A stretch of 64,000 bases of DNA, from assembly GCA_964408995.1 (NCBI GenBank), contig CAYPBP010000003.1, positions 14,803 to 78,802 of the forward strand, in the 5' to 3' direction. The stretch is from an uncultured Gammaproteobacteria bacterium. GTDB lineage: Bacteria > Patescibacteriota > Microgenomatia > UBA12405. Below the pieces are notes generated by a model. That model had not been told where the DNA came from. It was given only the letters and a program-made list of their open reading frames with translations, and made no database searches. Of the stretch, positions 58,892 to 64,000 are shown piece after piece. The position numbers and the translations under genes were made by a program. Every line of letters begins with the position of its first letter. Position 1 is the stretch's first letter.

Positions 58892-60901
58892 TTAATTATT
58901 TATAGTAGTATCGGAAGTGAGGTTTTCGGAAGTGATTTGAGAAAAGTTGAAATCTGGATAATTTTTGATTAATTCTTTTAATATTTCTTGTCCTAGGCTG
59001 ATTAATTTAGTATCGGAAAAACTGGCAATTTTTAAAGATGGGAAACCATGTTGAATGGTGGAAAAAGCTTCCCCTGGTCCCCTGTTTTTCAAATCATATT
59101 CGGCAATTTTTAGACCGTCATTATTTTTTTCTAAGAAATTTAGACGATCAATTGCTTTTTGATTATTTGATTCGGTGAAAAAATAACAATAACTTTGTTG
59201 GTGTCCTCGGCCGACTCGACCTCGAAGTTGATGAAGCCCCGCCAGACCAAATCTGTCGGCTGATTGAATAATAATTATGGATGAATTGGGGATATCAACT
59301 CCGACTTCAATTATAGGAGTGGTGACTAAAATATTTATTTCGTTATTTTGGAATTTTTTAATAATTTTTTGTCTAGCTTCTGTTTTAATTTTGCCATGAA
59401 TTAGGTCTAATTTTAGATTGGGAAAAATTTCTTTGGATAAAAATTCAAATTCTTTGATAGCTGACTTAACACTGGCCATAGATTCGGAAATATCGATGAA
59501 GGGACAAACAATAAAAGCTTGGCAATTAGTTTTTTTGATTTCAGTTTCAATCCATTTGTAGCAATTGGATTTTTTATGATCGGGAACTAAAAAAGTTTTA
59601 ATTTGAAGTCGATTTTGAGGTAAAGACGTGATGGTGGAAATATCGAGATTGCCAAGAATGGTTAAACTGATGGTTCTTGGGATTGGAGTGGCGGTCATGG
59701 TTAAGCAATGAGGAATTTTTTTAGATGAGCCTAAGAAAGATCTTTGTTTGACTCCAAATTTGTGTTGTTCGTCGATAATTAGTAAAGAAACTTTGTTTTT
59801 AATTTGAATTTTTTGATAAATAATAGCGTGGGTGCTGATAATTATGGCATTTTTGGGTATTTTTTTAATATCAACTTTTTTGGATCCAGTTAAAAGAAAA
59901 ATAGGAATGTCTAAATCTTTTAATATTTCTTGAAAACTTTGGTAGTGTTGTTGGGCTAAAATTTCGGTGGGAGCGACTAAAACTGACAGTTGATTGTTTA
60001 AATGAGTTAGATAACAAGCAATTAGAGCAACAATAGTTTTGCCGGAGCCAACATCGCCTTGAAGAAGTCGATTCATAACTTGTTTTGGATTAGTTAAATC
60101 CGAAAATATTTCTGATATGACTTTGGTCTGGGAATCAGTTAGTTTGTAAGGTAGGGAATTAATTAGATCTTTAATTTTTTTATCAATAATTTTTGTAATT
60201 TTAATTTTACTTTTAGGAATTTTTTTAAGCCAATCTTTTTTAGAAAGATAGGATTTTATTTGAAGTGATAAAAGTTCTTCTGTGGCTAATCTATTTTTGG
60301 CTTGGGTCAAAATTTGAGAATTTTTTGGGAAATGGATTTGACTAAGAGCAGTTTTTAAATCTAGAAGATTGAATTTTTTAATTAGAGTTAGAGGTAAAGT
60401 TTCTTTGATTGGTTTTAGTAAATTATCCATTTGAGTTTGAATAATTTTTCGAAACCATTTTGAAGTAAGACCGTTAGTTTCTGGATAGATAGGAATTATT
60501 TGACCAGTGTTATGTTGGCCATATTCTGGAGAAATAATAGTTCTTTTATTTAAATAAAGAGAGACAGTGCCAGCAAAACTAAGGATCTCCCCTGTTTTGA
60601 TGCTTTGGGATAAATAAGGTTGATTAAACCAAATTAACTCTATTTTGCCTGTATTATCGGCAATAATAGCTTTTTGTAGGTTTTTACCATTTCGAGTGTA
60701 GATGTTTTTGAAATCTAAAACTTTACCAGTAATGGTGACATTAGTATTTTCAATAATAGAGTTTATGTTGACAGAATGGGAAAAATCGATATAACGATTG
60801 GGGAAATGATAGAGTAAATCTTGGGGTAAATTTATATTTAGACGTTTTAATTTATCAAGAGTTTTAGAACCAATGCCTGGAATTTGAGAAAGGCTATCCA
60901 T
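58892..60901 (-). CDS. recG: ATP-dependent DNA helicase RecG
   Basis: N-terminal wedge/OB domain, Walker A DVGSGKTIVAL, DEQHKFGV, helicase C-terminal domain. Confidence 0.85.
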   Translation of the reverse strand: MDSLSQIPGIGSKTLDKLKRLNINLPQDLLYHFPNRYIDFSHSVNINSIIENTNVTITGKVLDFKNIYTRNGKNLQKAIIADNTGKIELIWFNQPYLSQSIKTGEILSFAGTVSLYLNKRTIISPEYGQHNTGQIIPIYPETNGLTSKWFRKIIQTQMDNLLKPIKETLPLTLIKKFNLLDLKTALSQIHFPKNSQILTQAKNRLATEELLSLQIKSYLSKKDWLKKIPKSKIKITKIIDKKIKDLINSLPYKLTDSQTKVISEIFSDLTNPKQVMNRLLQGDVGSGKTIVALIACYLTHLNNQLSVLVAPTEILAQQHYQSFQEILKDLDIPIFLLTGSKKVDIKKIPKNAIIISTHAIIYQKIQIKNKVSLLIIDEQHKFGVKQRSFLGSSKKIPHCLTMTATPIPRTISLTILGNLDISTITSLPQNRLQIKTFLVPDHKKSNCYKWIETEIKKTNCQAFIVCPFIDISESMASVKSAIKEFEFLSKEIFPNLKLDLIHGKIKTEARQKIIKKFQNNEINILVTTPIIEVGVDIPNSSIIIIQSADRFGLAGLHQLRGRVGRGHQQSYCYFFTESNNQKAIDRLNFLEKNNDGLKIAEYDLKNRGPGEAFSTIQHGFPSLKIASFSDTKLISLGQEILKELIKNYPDFNFSQITSENLTSDTTINN

Positions 60902-60919
60902 AAGTTATGATAACAAAGA

Positions 60920-60968
60920 AAAAACCCTTTGGTACTTCGTACCACCTTTCCCTTGACAGGGCACTTTT
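60920..60968. repeat. hairpin repeat near-identical to the one in the pilin leader at 46695-46740
   Basis: aaaccctttggtacttcgtaccacctttcccttgacagggcactt present at both loci. Confidence 0.85.
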
Positions 60969-61130
60969 CTTTTTAGTTTTCGGGTTTAGTTTGGGTCAAC
61001 ATATTTTGTTTTTATGTTATGATTAGTTTATGAGAATTAAAGGTAAAACAATTCAAAAAACTATTTTAATAGTTGCCATGGTGGCATTGTTGATGTCTAG
61101 CTTAATAGCTCCTTTAATGGTTTTAATAAG

Positions 61131-63764
61131 ATGAGAAGAAGTTCTATTGTTAAATTAAATAGGTTAAAAACCAATATTAGGAAAATGATTGGTTTTGATG
61201 ATAAAAATTTTTGGTTTAATTTTTTCAGATTGTCTTTAATTTTATTAGCAGTTGGCTCAGTTGTTTTATTGTTTTTATTTATTTGGTTTTCAAAGGACTT
61301 ACCAAACCCATCTAAAGTAGTTAGAAGAGATGGTTATTCAAGCAAAGTTTATGATAGGAATGGTACCCCTATTTTTGATATTTATGACCAAGCTAGAAGA
61401 GATCCAGTGGCTTTTTTGGATATTCCTGATTATTTAAAGAAAGCAACAATAGCAGTGGAAGATAAAGATTTTTATAAACATAAAGGATTTGATCCTTTAA
61501 CTCCATTTAGAATTATTAAGAATTTATTTTATTTTGGAAAAGTAACCGGTGGTTCGACATTGACTCAACAATTAACTAGAAATGTTTTATTAACAACAGA
61601 AAGATCTTTAACTCGAAAAATTAAAGAGATAATTTTGTCGATTCAGATTGATGCAAAATATAGTAAAGATGAGATTTTGTCGATGTATTTAAACGAGGCT
61701 CCTTATGGAGGTGCTTCTTGGGGAGTTGGACCAGCATCAGAGCAATATTTTGGCAAAAAAGTCAATAAACTAAATTTAGTTGAGTCTGTAATTTTAGCTG
61801 GAATGCCTCAATTACCTAGTGTTTATTCTCCTTATTCAAAAACACCTACTGCTTATATAAATAGAACTAACCATGTTTTAAACAGAATGGTGGAAGATAG
61901 TTATATAAGTAAGGAGTTGGCCAAAGATACAATGGAACAGGTTAAAAACTATAAATTTGTTAGTAGTAACTCAACTACAAAAGCTCCTCATTTTGTTTTT
62001 TGGATAAAAGATTTATTGTCAGAAAAATATGGTGAATCAGTAGTTGAAGGTGGTGGTTTAAAAATTACTACGACTTTAGATTTAGAATTACAAGATAAAG
62101 TTCAATCGATAGTTACTGAAGAAATTGATAAGTCTGAGAGTTTAGGTATTAGTAATGGAGCGGCTTTAGTTTTGGATCCAGTTAATGGTCAAGTTTTATC
62201 GATGGTTGGTTCGAGAGATTATTTTTCAACCAAAACTGATGGTAACTTTAATGTGGTAACCCAAGCCTTAAGACAACCAGGTTCAGCTATTAAACCAGTG
62301 ACTTATTTGGCTGGTCTTAAAAAAGGAATGACAGCGGCAACTATGATTATGGATACTCCGGTTACTTTTCCTGGAAGTGGTGGCCAGCCAAATTATAATC
62401 CACAAAATTATACTGGTAAATTTTATGGACCAATGTCTTTTAGGAATTCTTTGGGTAATTCACAAAATATCCCAGCAGTCAAAGTTTTAGCCACTGTTGG
62501 GGTGGAAAACATGTTGAAATTGGCTAATGATATGGGTTTATCTACATTAGCTCCAACAAAAGAGAATTTGAATAGATTTGGACTTTCAGTTACTTTGGGT
62601 GGTGGTGAAGTTAAAATGATTGATTTGGCTTCGGCTTATACAGCTTTTGCAAATGGTGGAACAAGTATGAAGCCAATTGGAATTTTAAAAGTTGAAGATA
62701 AAAATGGTAGAGTTTTGGAGGAATATAAAGCTCCTGATGGTAAAAAAGTAATGACACCACAAGAAGCCTTTATTATTTCTAATATTTTGTCAGATAATAG
62801 TGCTCGTGAATTAACATTTGGAGCAGTTAATGGTTTACAGGTTTCGGGATATCAAGTGGCGGTTAAAACAGGAACGACCAATGATAAAAAAGATAACTGG
62901 GCAATTGGTTGGACTCCAAATTTGTTGAGTGTGGTTTGGGTGGGAAATAATAACAACACTCCAATGGGGAAAATTGCTTCTGGTGTGTCTGGAGCTACTC
63001 CAATTTGGAAAAGAATAATGGTTTCTGCTTTACCAAAAAGGCCCAAGCAAGATTTTTCAATTCCAGACAAGATTGTAAATCTTGATGTTGATGCTTTGTC
63101 AGGATATATGGCTCATGATGGTTTTACTTCTAAAAAAGAATATTTTATTGATGGAACTCAACCATCAATACCAGATCCAATTCATTTGAATCTTAAAATT
63201 TGCAAAGGAGGAGTTAGTGGTTTGGCAACTTTAGAAGATGTGGCTAATAATAATTACGATACAAAGGAATTTATTAAACTTAAAGAAGATGATCCGGTGT
63301 CTAGAGATGGTAAAAATAGATGGCAAGAAGGTATTGATAAATGGATAGCTAGCCAACCTGATAATGGCAAATATTTTCCTCCTGAAAATTATTGTAAAGA
63401 TGGTGGCTCGATAATTGTATCGATAGATAGTCCTAAGAATGAATCAACGGTTTCCAAACAATTTGATATTAAAATTAATGTTAATGCTTTGAAAAAAGTT
63501 AAAGAAGTTAAGCTTTGGATTGATGGAAAAGAAAAAAAGATTTGGTCTGAAAAACCTTATGAGATTACTATAAATGATTTGACTGATGGCCCTCATACGA
63601 TTAAGGTTAGAGCGACTGATATTGATGGAAATAGTCAGGAAAGAGAGGTAAAAATTGGAGTTAATACTCCTTGGAATCCAAGTCCGACTTTGGTTGGTTC
63701 TACTTTGGGAATTGGTGCTACTAATAGTGAAATAGGTGAAACAGATACTGATACTGATGATTAG
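61131..63764 (+). CDS. class A penicillin-binding protein (glycosyltransferase + transpeptidase) with C-terminal extension
   Basis: GT51 motifs (EDKDFYKHKGFD, GGSTLTQQLTRN), transpeptidase SAIKP / SLGN / KTGTT; N-terminal TM; extra ~150-aa C-terminal beta-rich domain. Confidence 0.9.
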   Translation: MRRSSIVKLNRLKTNIRKMIGFDDKNFWFNFFRLSLILLAVGSVVLLFLFIWFSKDLPNPSKVVRRDGYSSKVYDRNGTPIFDIYDQARRDPVAFLDIPDYLKKATIAVEDKDFYKHKGFDPLTPFRIIKNLFYFGKVTGGSTLTQQLTRNVLLTTERSLTRKIKEIILSIQIDAKYSKDEILSMYLNEAPYGGASWGVGPASEQYFGKKVNKLNLVESVILAGMPQLPSVYSPYSKTPTAYINRTNHVLNRMVEDSYISKELAKDTMEQVKNYKFVSSNSTTKAPHFVFWIKDLLSEKYGESVVEGGGLKITTTLDLELQDKVQSIVTEEIDKSESLGISNGAALVLDPVNGQVLSMVGSRDYFSTKTDGNFNVVTQALRQPGSAIKPVTYLAGLKKGMTAATMIMDTPVTFPGSGGQPNYNPQNYTGKFYGPMSFRNSLGNSQNIPAVKVLATVGVENMLKLANDMGLSTLAPTKENLNRFGLSVTLGGGEVKMIDLASAYTAFANGGTSMKPIGILKVEDKNGRVLEEYKAPDGKKVMTPQEAFIISNILSDNSARELTFGAVNGLQVSGYQVAVKTGTTNDKKDNWAIGWTPNLLSVVWVGNNNNTPMGKIASGVSGATPIWKRIMVSALPKRPKQDFSIPDKIVNLDVDALSGYMAHDGFTSKKEYFIDGTQPSIPDPIHLNLKICKGGVSGLATLEDVANNNYDTKEFIKLKEDDPVSRDGKNRWQEGIDKWIASQPDNGKYFPPENYCKDGGSIIVSIDSPKNESTVSKQFDIKINVNALKKVKEVKLWIDGKEKKIWSEKPYEITINDLTDGPHTIKVRATDIDGNSQEREVKIGVNTPWNPSPTLVGSTLGIGATNSEIGETDTDTDD

Positions 63765-64000
63765 TCCCTAAAGATAGGTAAAAGTAGATTTTATTAGCTA
63801 TTTAGCAGTCTAGTGTCTTGTCTGCTAGTGTGTATTGTGTGTGTATGTTTAAAAAGTAATTTAATTTAAATTTACAGAAAAGTTCAAATTAAATTGAAAG
63901 TTTTTAAGTGTAGTTGTTTAGCTTTTTTATCATCTAAATTAAAGTAAGAGGCTTGGAAGGTATAGCGATACTTGTCGGTTTTTGGATCATGATAAATATC

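Overview
This is an AT-rich (~30% GC) bacterial chromosomal segment with compact, overlapping operons and standard stop-codon usage (TGA, TAA and TAG all terminate ORFs). The gene content points to a CPR/Patescibacteria-like (Microgenomates-type) organism. Housekeeping genes present are hisS (partial), dnaB, lgt, lspA, a DksA/TraR-family gene, an RluA-family gene, yebC, pta, gyrB-gyrA, pth, ligA, holB, epmA-epmB, rnc-nusB-rpmF, rpsP-khpA, recG and a class A PBP. There is tRNA-His(GTG) on the minus strand and tRNA-Leu(CAA) on the plus strand. Accessory content: an ABC/MacAB-HlyD-like efflux operon preceded by a PAP2 phosphatase, a Fic protein, and a XerC/D-like tyrosine recombinase flanked by iteron-like direct repeats. 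The dominant accessory feature is a ~20-kb type IV pilus locus: pilB-pilT-pilC, major pilin, NYN gene, pilD, nine further pilin/pseudopilin paralogs, DUF559, lipoprotein, membrane protein, 834-aa Cys-rich secreted protein, pilin-like gene, pilM-pilN-pilO. The most unusual signal is a family of short GC-rich palindromic (hairpin) repeats in intergenic clusters and in tandem arrays. The same repeats also sit in-frame inside essential genes (pth, ligA, lspA, pilD) and inside the N-terminal leader peptides of nearly every pilin paralog. No rRNA and no CRISPR array were found.
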